Below are positions 9,528 through 19,426 of a stretch of 32,000 bases of DNA, piece by piece; within the stretch, counting starts at the first letter, position 1; every line of letters starts with the position of its first letter. This stretch comes from Formosa sp. Hel1_33_131 (GTDB taxonomy: Bacteria > Bacteroidota > Bacteroidia > Flavobacteriales > Flavobacteriaceae). The notes below the pieces were generated by a model. That model worked only from the letters and a program-made list of their open reading frames with translations, did not search any database and had not been told where the DNA came from. The stretch is from the NCBI RefSeq assembly GCF_001735745.1, contig NZ_CP017260.1, positions 2,640,001-2,672,000 of the forward strand. The letters run 5' to 3'. Made by a program: the position numbers and the translations under genes.

Positions 9528-10070
9528 ATGCACAGGATATCAAAATTTATATACCATCGTTTATTAGGTTGGAAATCAACCGGTTTTAAAAATTTTGATT
9601 CTGTAAAAAAAGCAGTGCTTATTGCAGCACCCCATACGAGTTGGCATGACTTTTATATAGGGGTGCTTTTAAGATCATCCCTAAAGCTGGAAGCACATTT
9701 CGTAGGGAAGAATGCATTATTTAATCCTTTAACAGCTTGGTTTTTTAGAGCCCTTGGCGGGGCACCTGTACGCCGAAATGCAAATGAAAAACAAGTGGAT
9801 GCTATTGCTAGACTGTTTGAAGATAGAGAGGTGTTTCGTATGTTGTTAGCTCCCGAAGGCACTCGTAAAAAGGTTGAGTCCTGGCGAACGGGATTTTACT
9901 TTATAGCCAAAACGGCAAAAGTCCCTGTAGTTATGTTGTCTTTTGATTTTGAAAATAAAGAGAATAAGTTCTCAGAACCTTTTTACCCCACCGATGATAT
10001 GGAAGCAGATTTTAAGTTTATGCGTGCGTTTTTTGAAGGGGTTAAAGGAAAAATCCCAGAATTCTCTTAA
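9528..10070 (+). CDS. PlsC-type (lysophospholipid/glycerol-3-phosphate) acyltransferase
   Basis: 180 aa with the HX4D catalytic motif HTSWHD and a downstream APEGTR motif. It starts 1 nt after the preceding stop. Confidence 0.75.
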   Translation: MHRISKFIYHRLLGWKSTGFKNFDSVKKAVLIAAPHTSWHDFYIGVLLRSSLKLEAHFVGKNALFNPLTAWFFRALGGAPVRRNANEKQVDAIARLFEDREVFRMLLAPEGTRKKVESWRTGFYFIAKTAKVPVVMLSFDFENKENKFSEPFYPTDDMEADFKFMRAFFEGVKGKIPEFS

Positions 10071-10781
10071 TTACTCTTGCATGGTGTGGTACACAAATTG
10101 AACATCGTCGTCCTCTTCTAGTTTTTCCAAAAGTTTTTCGACATCCGCCACTTGTGCTTCGTTTAGGGGTTTCGTCACTTGTGGTATCCGTTCAAATCCA
10201 GAAGATAGAATTTCAATTTCACGTGATTCTAAAGCTGATTGAATCGCTCCAAAACTTTCAAACGGGGCATAGATCAAAATACCATCATCGTCTGCAAAGA
10301 CTTCTTCGGCACCAAAATCGATAAATTCAAGTTCAATATCGTCAACATCCAATCCTTCTGCATTGATTCTAAAATTACAAGTATGGTCAAACATAAACAC
10401 TACAGAACCAGAAGTTCCTAAACTTCCATTGCATTTATTGAAAAAACTTCTGACATTTGCAACGGTACGGGTATTGTTGTCTGTCGCCGTTTCAACAAGA
10501 ATCGCAATCCCATGAGGCGCATAGCCTTCAAACAAGACTTCTTTATAATCCCCTTGACTTTTATCACTGGCTCGTTTAATGGCACGCTCAATGTTGTCCT
10601 TGGGCATGTTGACCGCTTTCCCATTCTGAATGACGGCTCTTAATCGAGAATTGCTATCTGGATCCGCACCACCTTCTTTGACTGCCATGACAATGTCTTT
10701 TCCAATACGTGTGAATGCCTTGCTCATTGCTGACCAACGTTTCATTTTTCTTGCTTTGCGAAATTCAAATGCTCTTCCCAT
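10071..10781 (-). CDS. YebC/PmpR family DNA-binding transcriptional regulator
   Basis: 236 aa. MGRAFEFRKARKMKRW...KDIVMAVKEGGADPDSNSRLR...IERAIKR is the highly conserved YebC N-terminus. Confidence 0.9.
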   Translation of the reverse strand: MGRAFEFRKARKMKRWSAMSKAFTRIGKDIVMAVKEGGADPDSNSRLRAVIQNGKAVNMPKDNIERAIKRASDKSQGDYKEVLFEGYAPHGIAILVETATDNNTRTVANVRSFFNKCNGSLGTSGSVVFMFDHTCNFRINAEGLDVDDIELEFIDFGAEEVFADDDGILIYAPFESFGAIQSALESREIEILSSGFERIPQVTKPLNEAQVADVEKLLEKLEEDDDVQFVYHTMQE

Positions 10782-10861
10782 AGGTTTTATTGTATTCTAA
10801 ATAATGTTTAACAAAAATAAAAATGCTGAAGCGAAAAACAAGTATAAATCGACTTAAAACT

Positions 10862-11689
10862 TTAAAACATATTTTCAAAGAGTTCCAAGCTGTACATTTG
10901 AAGGTGTTTTGGAAGGGTGTTTTCTTTTGGTAAAACAGCCAAGTATCGGTCGTCATTGGTGGTATATACAAGTTTATAACGCGGGGTTTTAGTTCCTATT
11001 TTAGAAACTAACTCTTTGATAAAATCATCGTGGTGTACCAAGTCCTTACTTCCTAAATGAAAAATACCATGTTTGTTTCGATTGATGATGTAGTGTAATT
11101 GTTGGGTTACTTTTTTATCTGAAATGACATTCATAATCAGATTAGGAAATAATTCAATCGGGACGTCCAGTTCAAGATGTAATTTAAGCTCATTAACCCG
11201 TGGAGATGGCGCTCCAAAAACCATCGGCAACCGTAAGATGGTTACTTTTTTAGGGGGGAGTTTTAAGAATAACTGCTCAAGTCTAATTTTAAAATGACCG
11301 TAAACACTGTTGCTAAGCGTGGTGTCATTCTCATAACTCGGAAATTTACTGTAGGCATCAAATACATTGGCAGAAGATAAAAAGACCATCTTGCAATTTT
11401 TCTGAGAAGAGATGTACTCAAAAACATGTTTATGTGCTGTCAACTGTGCTGCAAAATCGCCTCTCAGCGCAGAGATGATGATTGTTGGTTTTACCACATT
11501 TAGAACCTCAAAAATATCATCTTCCTCTACATCGTAGTGAAAGAATTGCTTGTTCTTTTCAAATGCTAAAAGAGGCGTTCGATAGGTTCCAAATGTTTGG
11601 TAATAGGGGTGGAGCTCCTTATAAATAGCATTGCCTAAAAAGCCACTGACCCCTAATATCAGAATGCGGTGTTTTTTTAAGGTAGCCAT
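10862..11689 (-). CDS. NAD(P)-dependent oxidoreductase, RmlD/sugar-nucleotide-binding-like
   Basis: 275 aa with the N-terminal Rossmann motif ILILGVSGFLGNAIY. Size and layout resemble dTDP-4-dehydrorhamnose reductase-like proteins. Specific function is unknown. Confidence 0.55.
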   Translation of the reverse strand: MATLKKHRILILGVSGFLGNAIYKELHPYYQTFGTYRTPLLAFEKNKQFFHYDVEEDDIFEVLNVVKPTIIISALRGDFAAQLTAHKHVFEYISSQKNCKMVFLSSANVFDAYSKFPSYENDTTLSNSVYGHFKIRLEQLFLKLPPKKVTILRLPMVFGAPSPRVNELKLHLELDVPIELFPNLIMNVISDKKVTQQLHYIINRNKHGIFHLGSKDLVHHDDFIKELVSKIGTKTPRYKLVYTTNDDRYLAVLPKENTLPKHLQMYSLELFENMF

Positions 11690-11702
11690 ATTTCTACGAA
11701 AG

Positions 11703-12785
11703 TTATTTTTTGTAAAAAGGAAGTTTCACAATCGTGGCAAGCACTTTTTGTTTGCGAATGGCAATGCAAATTTCAGTTCCAACGGCTGCTTGTTCTGACA
11801 AGACATAACCCATTCCAATCCCTTTTCCTAACGACGGTGCCATGGTCCCCGAAGTGACAATTCCGATGTCATTTCCAGAGGCATCTTCAATGGTGTAATC
11901 CTTACGAGGAATGCCACGTTCTAATAATTCAAAGCCAACCAAACGTCTTTTAGGACCTTCTTCTTTTTCAGTTTTAAGGGCTTCAGAATTTGTGAAGGAT
12001 TTTGTAAACTTGGTAATCCATCCCAATCCAGCTTCGATAGGAGAGCTGTGGTCATCAATGTCATTTCCATAAAGACAATAGCCCATTTCCAATCGTAAGG
12101 TATCTCGCGCGGCTAAACCAATAGGTTTGATTCCAAAAGAAGCACCTGCTTCTAGGACTTTTTCCCATACCTGTTTCACTTCTGAGTTTTTACAATAAAT
12201 CTCAAAGCCACCACTTCCAGTATATCCGGTTGCAGAAATGATGACATGCTCTATGCCTGCAAAATCAGCCACTACAAAATTATAAAACCCAATAGAAGCC
12301 AAATCAACGCTGGACAACGATTGCATCGCTTCCACTGCTTTTGGCCCTTGAATGGCTAATAAGGAATAGACCTCACTGATATTTTTCATCTCCGCACCCA
12401 TTGAATTTTTGGACGCAATCCAGTTCCAATCTTTTTCAATATTACTGGCATTGACCACTAACAGATAGGTTTCTTCTTTGACTTTATAAATAATTAAATC
12501 ATCGACAATACCGCCTTGATCATTTGGCAAACAACTGTATTGTGCTTTTCCGACGGTTAGTTTTGAAGCATCGTTTGAAGAGACCGATTGTATAAGATCT
12601 AAAGCATGCGGACCTTTAATAAGAAACTCGCCCATGTGAGAGACGTCAAATACACCAACGCCATTCCTAACGGTTTCATGTTCGGCATTAACCCCTTCGT
12701 ATTGAACGGGCATATTGTATCCCGCAAAGGGAACCATTTTAGCGCCTAGAGCTTCGTGTGTAGATTGGAGTGCAGTAACTTTCAT
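11703..12785 (-). CDS. gcvT: glycine cleavage system aminomethyltransferase T
   Basis: 360 aa. [12 protein letters not shown]...[12 protein letters not shown]...[16 protein letters not shown] matches GcvT throughout. Confidence 0.93.
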   Translation of the reverse strand: MKVTALQSTHEALGAKMVPFAGYNMPVQYEGVNAEHETVRNGVGVFDVSHMGEFLIKGPHALDLIQSVSSNDASKLTVGKAQYSCLPNDQGGIVDDLIIYKVKEETYLLVVNASNIEKDWNWIASKNSMGAEMKNISEVYSLLAIQGPKAVEAMQSLSSVDLASIGFYNFVVADFAGIEHVIISATGYTGSGGFEIYCKNSEVKQVWEKVLEAGASFGIKPIGLAARDTLRLEMGYCLYGNDIDDHSSPIEAGLGWITKFTKSFTNSEALKTEKEEGPKRRLVGFELLERGIPRKDYTIEDASGNDIGIVTSGTMAPSLGKGIGMGYVLSEQAAVGTEICIAIRKQKVLATIVKLPFYKK

Positions 12786-12840
12786 AGTAAATTAGATTTT
12801 AAGTAGTACAAATCTAATCAAAAATAGGAATCGAAACGGC

Positions 12841-14136
12841 TTAAAGCTGTGTTAAAAATGCTTTAAATTCAGAATAGTCCTTAATATCAGTCGCTACTTT
12901 TTGTTTATCGATGACGGATTTTATTTGTGGAGGTAGTGGAATTTCGGCATCAATAACTTCTTTAACCACATCTAAAAACTTTGTCGGGTGGGCGGTTTCT
13001 AAAAACACACAATGCGCTTCTGGATTGGTCTTTAAATACGATTTAGAGCCTAAATAACCCACGGCTCCGTGTGGATCGGCGATGTAATTAGTGGTCTTAT
13101 AAATCTCATCCAACGCTTGTTTTGTTTCTTCATCCGTGAAGCTGTAAGAAGAGAGGTTTGATTTTAAGGTATCAAACTCATTATTATAAATCGCTTGAAT
13201 TCGGATAAAATTACTTGGATTCCCTACATCCATCGCGTTACTCACCGTTTGAACGGACGGTTTAGGATCGTAAGAATTGGACTCTAAATAACGAGTCACC
13301 ACATTATTATCATTGTTAGAAGCGATAAAATGTTTAATGGGCAAACCTAATTTTTGGGCAATCATTCCGGCACATACATTTCCGAAATTCCCACTAGGCA
13401 CTGAAAACACGATGTCTTTATATTGATGCTTCAGTTGTTTGTACGCAAACATAAAATAAAACAACTGCGGAAGCCAACGCGCGACATTGATAGAGTTTGC
13501 GGATGTCAATTGCATTAATGAAGTAAGATCATCATCTAGAAATGCTTTTTTTACCATGTCCTGACAATCGTCAAAAGTACCCTCAACTTCAAGGGCGGTG
13601 ATGTTTTGACCTAAAGTCGTGAGTTGTTTTTCTTGAATGTTACTGACTTTTCCGCTTGGATATAAAATGACCACTCGAACGCCTTTAACCCCTAAGAATC
13701 CATTGGCCACCGCACCTCCCGTGTCACCAGAAGTGGCCACCAAAACGGTCACTTCATTGGAATTATTCTTATTAAAATAGCCTAAACAACGTGCCATAAA
13801 GCGTGCGCCAACATCTTTAAACGCCATTGTGGGGCCATGAAATAATTCGAGTGTGGATATGGATTCTGTCAGTTTTACAACAGGAAAATCAAAACTAAGC
13901 GTTTCTGAGACGATTGTTTTTAAAACAGCTTCAGGAATTTCGGGACTTATGAATTGTTTGATGGCTTCAAACGCAATGTCTTCATTTGAAAGATTCTCTA
14001 TGTTCTCAAAAAAAGAAGCATCTAAAGGGGTAATATTCTCTGGGAAATACAAGCCTCTATCTGGAGCAAGTCCTTTGATGACTGCATTTTCAAAAGTGGT
14101 TGTTGGAGCGATGTTATTTAAACTATAATAGTTCAT
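12841..14136 (-). CDS. thrC: threonine synthase
   Basis: 431 aa with the PLP-lysine motif FHGPTMAFKDVGARF and SGDTGGA, in the long-form ThrC layout. It is last in a thrA-thrB-thrC arrangement. Confidence 0.92.
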   Translation of the reverse strand: MNYYSLNNIAPTTTFENAVIKGLAPDRGLYFPENITPLDASFFENIENLSNEDIAFEAIKQFISPEIPEAVLKTIVSETLSFDFPVVKLTESISTLELFHGPTMAFKDVGARFMARCLGYFNKNNSNEVTVLVATSGDTGGAVANGFLGVKGVRVVILYPSGKVSNIQEKQLTTLGQNITALEVEGTFDDCQDMVKKAFLDDDLTSLMQLTSANSINVARWLPQLFYFMFAYKQLKHQYKDIVFSVPSGNFGNVCAGMIAQKLGLPIKHFIASNNDNNVVTRYLESNSYDPKPSVQTVSNAMDVGNPSNFIRIQAIYNNEFDTLKSNLSSYSFTDEETKQALDEIYKTTNYIADPHGAVGYLGSKSYLKTNPEAHCVFLETAHPTKFLDVVKEVIDAEIPLPPQIKSVIDKQKVATDIKDYSEFKAFLTQL

Positions 14137-14138
14137 CC

Positions 14139-15068
14139 TTAGTTTTCGTTTAAGAGTTTGATGCCGTCTAAATTTATTTTTGAAACATAAATTTCAAACG
14201 GAATATGTTGATTTTGATAGGTTTCTCGGATGGCTTTTTCAACCTTTTCAGCAGTGGAATCACTTTTACACAAACTAAACACAGAAGGCCCTGAGCCCGA
14301 AATGCCAGTGCCTAAAGCACCGTTTTCTAATGCTGCTTTTTTAATGTCTTCAAATCCAGGGATGAGTTGACTTCTAAACGGCTCCACCACCACATCTTTT
14401 AAAGAGCGACTGATCAGATCGTAATCGTTGGTATGTAAGCCGTGAATAAGACTTCCCACATTTGACCACTGCGTGATCGCATTTTTTAATGAAATATGCT
14501 CTGGAAGTATCTTTCGTGCATCCGATGTTTTTATCTCAATTTGAGGGTGAATGACTACGGCAAATAAATCGGAGGGGGTTGGGATTTGAAGAACTTCTAA
14601 AGGCTCTAAACTTTTCACTAAGGTAAATCCTCCAAAGAGGGCAGGAGCAATGTTATCGGCGTGCTCACTTTGACTGGCAACGGCTTCGCCTTTCATGGCA
14701 AAGGCTGTAAGTTCGGTTTTCGAATACGGATTACCAAGCAATACATTCATTCCATAGACACTGCCAACAGCACTTGCAGAGCTGCTGCCAACACCACTAC
14801 CAGGTTTGATGTGTTTATATATTTCGATTTCAAAACCACAATCCGGTTTTGCAGCCTCATACATGGCCAATGCCGAAACACCTGCTACATTTTTTTCAAC
14901 TTCAAAGGGAAGGTCATAGCCTTCAATTTTTGTAATTCGAATTCCTTTTTCTACGGTTTTACGAATCACCATTTCATCACCAATTGAATCCAAGCAAAAT
15001 CCGAGGACATCAAATCCGCAGGAGACATTCGCAACCGTTGCTGGAGAAAACAGTTTAATTTCGTTCAT
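14139..15068 (-). CDS. thrB: homoserine kinase
   Basis: 309 aa with the GHMP kinase motif KPGSGVGSSSASAV. Its start overlaps the thrA stop (TAATG), suggesting translational coupling. Confidence 0.92.
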   Translation of the reverse strand: MNEIKLFSPATVANVSCGFDVLGFCLDSIGDEMVIRKTVEKGIRITKIEGYDLPFEVEKNVAGVSALAMYEAAKPDCGFEIEIYKHIKPGSGVGSSSASAVGSVYGMNVLLGNPYSKTELTAFAMKGEAVASQSEHADNIAPALFGGFTLVKSLEPLEVLQIPTPSDLFAVVIHPQIEIKTSDARKILPEHISLKNAITQWSNVGSLIHGLHTNDYDLISRSLKDVVVEPFRSQLIPGFEDIKKAALENGALGTGISGSGPSVFSLCKSDSTAEKVEKAIRETYQNQHIPFEIYVSKINLDGIKLLNEN

Positions 15069-17521
15069 TAATGTGTATTTGAAATTCTAATAATATCTGC
15101 AAATAAACCTGAAGCCGTAACTTCAGATCCTGCGCCAGCTCCTTTGATAATCATGGGTTGATCGCTGTAACGGTTGGTGTAAAACATCACAATATTATCT
15201 TTTCCTTCCAGGTTGTAAAAAGGGTGTCCAACAGGAATTTCTTTGAGACCTACTTTTGACGCTCCATCTTTAAATTCTGCCACATATTTCAGTTGACAGT
15301 CGTTTGCTTCCGCAGACTGAAATAGTTTTTGAAACAAATCTTCATTGGTTTTTAGGGTTTCATAAAAAGCATCTACAGAGTTGGCCTCCATACATTCTTT
15401 TGGCAAAAACGCTTCATTTTGAATGTCTTCCATTTCTAACATCTCTCCGCTTTCTCTGGCTAAAATCAATAATTTTCTTGCAACATCCACACCACTCAAA
15501 TCAATTCTTGGATCTGGCTCCGTATAGCCTTCTAATTGTGCTTGTTTTACAACGTCGTGAAAGGTCGTGTTTTTATTGAAATTATTAAAGATAAAATTCA
15601 AACTTCCTGAAAGTACTGCATTGATGGAAGTGACATGATCCCCAGACATGATTAAATTTTTTAATGTATCAATGACGGGCAAACCAGCACCAACATTTGT
15701 TTCGAACAAGAAGGGCACATTGTATTTATGGGAAAGTTGCTTTAATTCTTTGTAGTTTTCTATGGCACCTGAACACGCAATTTTGTTACAAGCCACCACG
15801 GCGATGCTTTGTTTTAAATAGTGAGCATAGGTATTGGCGACCGCTTCGTTGGCTGTAATATCTATAAAAATAGAATTTCTTAAGTTTAAATCTTTTGAGG
15901 CTTCAAAGAACGCCATCGGTTCTGTTGGTTGTCCTTCTTTCAACAGAGTATCCCAATCTGAAAGATTTAATCCACTTTCATCAAACACCATCTTTTTAGA
16001 GTTGGAAAGGGCGACGACTTTAAGGTTGATTTTAAGTGTTGATTTTATGTATTTCTTTTGTTGTTTGATCTGATCCATGAGGGATTTACCTACATTTCCA
16101 ACCCCAGCAATGAATAAGTTCATTTGCTTGGTTTGTTCCTCAAAAAATTGCTCATGTAAAGAATTCAATGCTTTTTTTACATCCGATTCAGAAATCACGG
16201 CTGTAATATTCCGTTCTGAAGCCCCTTGTGCAATCGCTCTAATATTGACATTGTTTTTCCCTAAAGTACTAAACATTTTCCCGCTAATCCCTTGATGGCT
16301 TTTCATTTTATCACCTACAACCGCCACAATGGACAAGTTGGGTTCAATGATTAAAGGATCAATTTTATGGAGCGAAATCTCATTTTCAAATTCTTTATCA
16401 ATCACCGTTTTTGCGGAGAGCGCATCGGCATCTGAAACTCCAATACATATAGAATGTTCCGAAGATGCTTGGGTGATAATGATCACATTTATTTTAGAAT
16501 GCGCCAAGGTTTCAAACAAACGTTTGGAAAACCCAGGAATCCCTACCATGCCATTTCCTTGTAGCGTGAGTAAAGAGACATTATTGATATTGCTAATTCC
16601 TTTGATCGGAGATTGAGAGCCGTTTTCTGAAATTTTAGTAATCAAGGTTCCAGGATCTTGAGGTGCTAAGGTGTTTTTTATAAGTAGTGGAATGTCTTTT
16701 CGGAGGACGGGTTGCACGGTTGGTGGATACAATACTTTAGCTCCAAAGTGCGACAATTCAATGGCTTCTAAATACGATAACTTGCTAATTGGTTTCGCAT
16801 GTTTGACCATCTTAGGGTTGGTCGTAAACATCCCGCTTACATCTGTCCATATTTGCAAAACACTGGCGTTGAGTGCTGCCGCAAGAATCGCTGCAGTGTA
16901 ATCGGACCCACCACGCCCTAAAGTGGTGATCTCGTCATTTTCAGACTTGGATATAAAGCCTGGTAAGATGGTTACCATTTTTTGATTGCTTTCAAAATAG
17001 GTGGTGATATTGGCATTTGTTTCTTCAAAATTAACAGCTGCATTGGTAAAGTTTGAATCGGTTACAATTAAATTTTGTGAATTTTTTAATTGAACGTTGA
17101 CCCCTTTAGATTTGATCGCTTCGTAAATAATTAATGAAGAAATCAATTCTCCAAAACTGAGAAGTTTATCGTTTGTTTTTGGTGACAGTTCGTTTATTAA
17201 ATACACGCCATCTAATAACTTTTCAAGCCGTGATAAATGTTCCAACACAATGTCAGTAGTGGCTTCATGCACTTCGCCACTCAGTAAACCATCAATCACT
17301 TCGATATGCTTTAAGCGTAAGGACTCAAAGTCTTCTTTGTAACTGTGGTCTTTACGAATGGCTTTATCGGCCGCAATGAGTAATTTATCGGTAATTCCAC
17401 CAACGGCAGATACCACAACCACAATGTTTTCAGAAGCAGATTCTTCTTTAATGATTTTTATGACTTTGGATATGTTTTTTGAAGAACCTACAGATGTTCC
17501 TCCAAATTTTAAAACTTTCAT
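15068..17521 (-). CDS. thrA: bifunctional aspartokinase / homoserine dehydrogenase I
   Basis: 817 aa. The N-terminal aspartokinase starts MKVLKFGGTSVG and includes LGRGGSDYTAA. ACT domains follow, then a C-terminal homoserine dehydrogenase with a GVGNVG Rossmann loop. Confidence 0.95.
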   Translation of the reverse strand: MKVLKFGGTSVGSSKNISKVIKIIKEESASENIVVVVSAVGGITDKLLIAADKAIRKDHSYKEDFESLRLKHIEVIDGLLSGEVHEATTDIVLEHLSRLEKLLDGVYLINELSPKTNDKLLSFGELISSLIIYEAIKSKGVNVQLKNSQNLIVTDSNFTNAAVNFEETNANITTYFESNQKMVTILPGFISKSENDEITTLGRGGSDYTAAILAAALNASVLQIWTDVSGMFTTNPKMVKHAKPISKLSYLEAIELSHFGAKVLYPPTVQPVLRKDIPLLIKNTLAPQDPGTLITKISENGSQSPIKGISNINNVSLLTLQGNGMVGIPGFSKRLFETLAHSKINVIIITQASSEHSICIGVSDADALSAKTVIDKEFENEISLHKIDPLIIEPNLSIVAVVGDKMKSHQGISGKMFSTLGKNNVNIRAIAQGASERNITAVISESDVKKALNSLHEQFFEEQTKQMNLFIAGVGNVGKSLMDQIKQQKKYIKSTLKINLKVVALSNSKKMVFDESGLNLSDWDTLLKEGQPTEPMAFFEASKDLNLRNSIFIDITANEAVANTYAHYLKQSIAVVACNKIACSGAIENYKELKQLSHKYNVPFLFETNVGAGLPVIDTLKNLIMSGDHVTSINAVLSGSLNFIFNNFNKNTTFHDVVKQAQLEGYTEPDPRIDLSGVDVARKLLILARESGEMLEMEDIQNEAFLPKECMEANSVDAFYETLKTNEDLFQKLFQSAEANDCQLKYVAEFKDGASKVGLKEIPVGHPFYNLEGKDNIVMFYTNRYSDQPMIIKGAGAGSEVTASGLFADIIRISNTH

Positions 17522-17724
17522 GTGTTTATTTTATTGATTTTTAATGGAAACTATTGTTTTGGTATAAACAATAAAATTAGGGGCGGAATTAAATAATAGC
17601 AAAACCCAAAAGGGTGATCATAATTGCAGTCATCGTTACAAAAAGAGGATTCATTTGGAAAGGTTCCATGAAGGATAAATTTGTAGAACTTGTTAAGTGT
17701 TGCATTAGATATTTATTTAACTTT

Positions 17725-17732
17725 CAAAAGTA
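17725..17732 (-). promoter_or_regulatory. candidate -7 box (TACTTTTG on the minus strand) upstream of thrA
   Basis: Exact TAnnTTTG match on the minus strand about 200 nt upstream of the thrA ATG. It would give a long leader containing the small ORF at 17589-17669. Confidence 0.25.
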
Positions 17733-17961
17733 TCAATTTCAAAGTGAAAAAAAAATAATAATCTCAATTTTACAAATTATGGAATTTAGAGGGTATATAT
17801 TTTTAATAATTAACCAAAAACGAAGTATTCCTGCGCTTTTGTCAATCCCTTTAAAAATTACAAATTTTCAACATAAAAAAGCACTTATTAAATGTTGATG
17901 ACTGTTTAATAAATAGTCGTTGAAATTGTTGTTTTTAATATGTTTACAGCAATCTTATTAT

Positions 17962-17969
17962 TAATTTTG
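17962..17969 (+). promoter_or_regulatory. candidate -7 box (TAATTTTG) for glyA
   Basis: Exact TAnnTTTG match ending 29 nt before the glyA ATG at 17999. Confidence 0.4.
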
Positions 17970-17998
17970 CAGCCATAACCTTTTGAATAAAACTATAC

Positions 17999-19270
17999 AT
18001 GCAACGCGACGAACAAATTTTTGAATTAATTGAAGCTGAAAAAGAACGTCAAATCAATGGAATTGAATTGATTGCTTCTGAAAATTTCACAAGTGAACAA
18101 GTGATGGAAGCTACCGGATCTGTATTGACCAACAAATACGCAGAGGGATATCCTGGAAAGCGTTATTATGGAGGTTGTGAAGTTGTGGACGAAGTAGAGC
18201 TGATTGCTATTGATCGTGCCAAAACACTCTTTGGAGCTGCTTGGGCAAACGTACAACCCCACTCTGGAAGTCAGGCCAATACAGCCGTCTTTCATGCGTG
18301 TTTAAAAGTAGGGGATAAAATCTTAGGATTTGATCTCTCTCATGGTGGACACTTGACACACGGATCGCCTGTGAATTTCTCTGGACGTTTGTACGATCCC
18401 GTTTTTTACGGAGTTGAAAAAGAAACCGGTGTTTTGAATTACGATAAAATTCAGGAGATTGCGACCAAAGAACAACCAAAACTAATCATTGCAGGAGCCT
18501 CTGCTTACTCAAGAGATATCGATTTTAAGCGTTTTAGAATTATTGCCGACAGTGTGGGTGCTATTTTATTAGGCGATATTTCTCACCCTTCTGGATTGAT
18601 CGCTAAAGGTATTTTGAACGATCCTTTACCGTATTGTCACATTGTCACCACCACCACGCACAAGACCTTAAGAGGCCCAAGAGGCGGTCTGATTATGATG
18701 GGAAAAGATTTTGAAAATCCGTTTGGAATTACGTTGAAATCTGGAAAAGTACGCATGATGTCTTCTTTATTGGATTCTGCTATTTTCCCTGGAAATCAAG
18801 GTGGACCTTTAGAACATGTGATTGCTGGAAAAGCGATTGCTTTTGGTGAAGCATTGACCGATGAATTTTTACATTATATTTTACAGGTTAAAAAGAATGC
18901 GGATGCCATGGCAAAAGCTTTTGTAAAACGCGATTACCATTTGATTTCTGGTGGGACTGACAACCATATGATGCTGATTGATTTAAGAAACAAAAACATC
19001 ACTGGAAAGGTTGCCGAACAAGCCCTTGTAAAAGCGGATATTACGGTGAATAAAAACATGGTGCCGTTTGATACACAGAGTCCCTTTGTAACTTCTGGAA
19101 TCCGTGTTGGAACGCCTGCAATTACCACTCGTGGTTTGGTAGAATCTGATATGGAAACGGTTGTTGAGTTTATTGACCAAGCACTTAACAACCATGAAGA
19201 TGAAGCGAAATTAGAAGCGATTTCAGAACAAGTAAATGCGATGATGAGTCACCGTCCTTTGTTTGCTTAG
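17999..19270 (+). CDS. glyA: serine hydroxymethyltransferase
   Basis: 423 aa with [22 protein letters not shown] and the PLP-lysine block [14 protein letters not shown]. Confidence 0.97.
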   Translation: MQRDEQIFELIEAEKERQINGIELIASENFTSEQVMEATGSVLTNKYAEGYPGKRYYGGCEVVDEVELIAIDRAKTLFGAAWANVQPHSGSQANTAVFHACLKVGDKILGFDLSHGGHLTHGSPVNFSGRLYDPVFYGVEKETGVLNYDKIQEIATKEQPKLIIAGASAYSRDIDFKRFRIIADSVGAILLGDISHPSGLIAKGILNDPLPYCHIVTTTTHKTLRGPRGGLIMMGKDFENPFGITLKSGKVRMMSSLLDSAIFPGNQGGPLEHVIAGKAIAFGEALTDEFLHYILQVKKNADAMAKAFVKRDYHLISGGTDNHMMLIDLRNKNITGKVAEQALVKADITVNKNMVPFDTQSPFVTSGIRVGTPAITTRGLVESDMETVVEFIDQALNNHEDEAKLEAISEQVNAMMSHRPLFA

Positions 19271-19292
19271 ACGTACATCATACTTTATAATT

Positions 19293-19325
19293 GAGCCTCC
19301 TAATTTTATTGGGAGGTTTTTTTTG
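19293..19325 (+). terminator. rho-independent terminator after glyA
   Basis: cctcc(t) at 19296-19301 pairs with (g)ggagg at 19311-16 around a 9-nt loop, followed directly by an 8-nt T run (19317-19324). Confidence 0.6.
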
Positions 19326-19426
19326 TGTTATATTTTAACTTATGTTAATTAATTATTAAAATATAAGGCAACCATTTTTTTAAATTAGGTTTTTGTTATA
19401 GCTTTAGAGTTCCTAAATCTATTACT

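Noticed and set aside
10765-10971. A 68-aa minus-strand ORF bridging the yebC upstream region and the end of the oxidoreductase gene.
   Set aside because: It overlaps the 3' end of the 10862-11689 CDS out of frame and covers the yebC promoter region. Its translation is low-complexity.
12791-12818. An AT-only 9-bp inverted repeat (attagattt…aaatctaat) between thrC and gcvT, considered as a terminator.
   Set aside because: The stem is entirely A/T with a 10-nt loop and no following T tract on the transcribed (minus) strand. It is too weak to call and may be chance in AT-rich spacer.
17614-17898. A 94-aa plus-strand ORF in the thrA-glyA intergenic region.
   Set aside because: It begins GTG and lies in very AT-rich spacer. 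Its translation is Ile/Lys/Phe-rich low-complexity sequence, it overlaps the predicted thrA leader and promoter, and it shows no motif. It is most likely a chance ORF.
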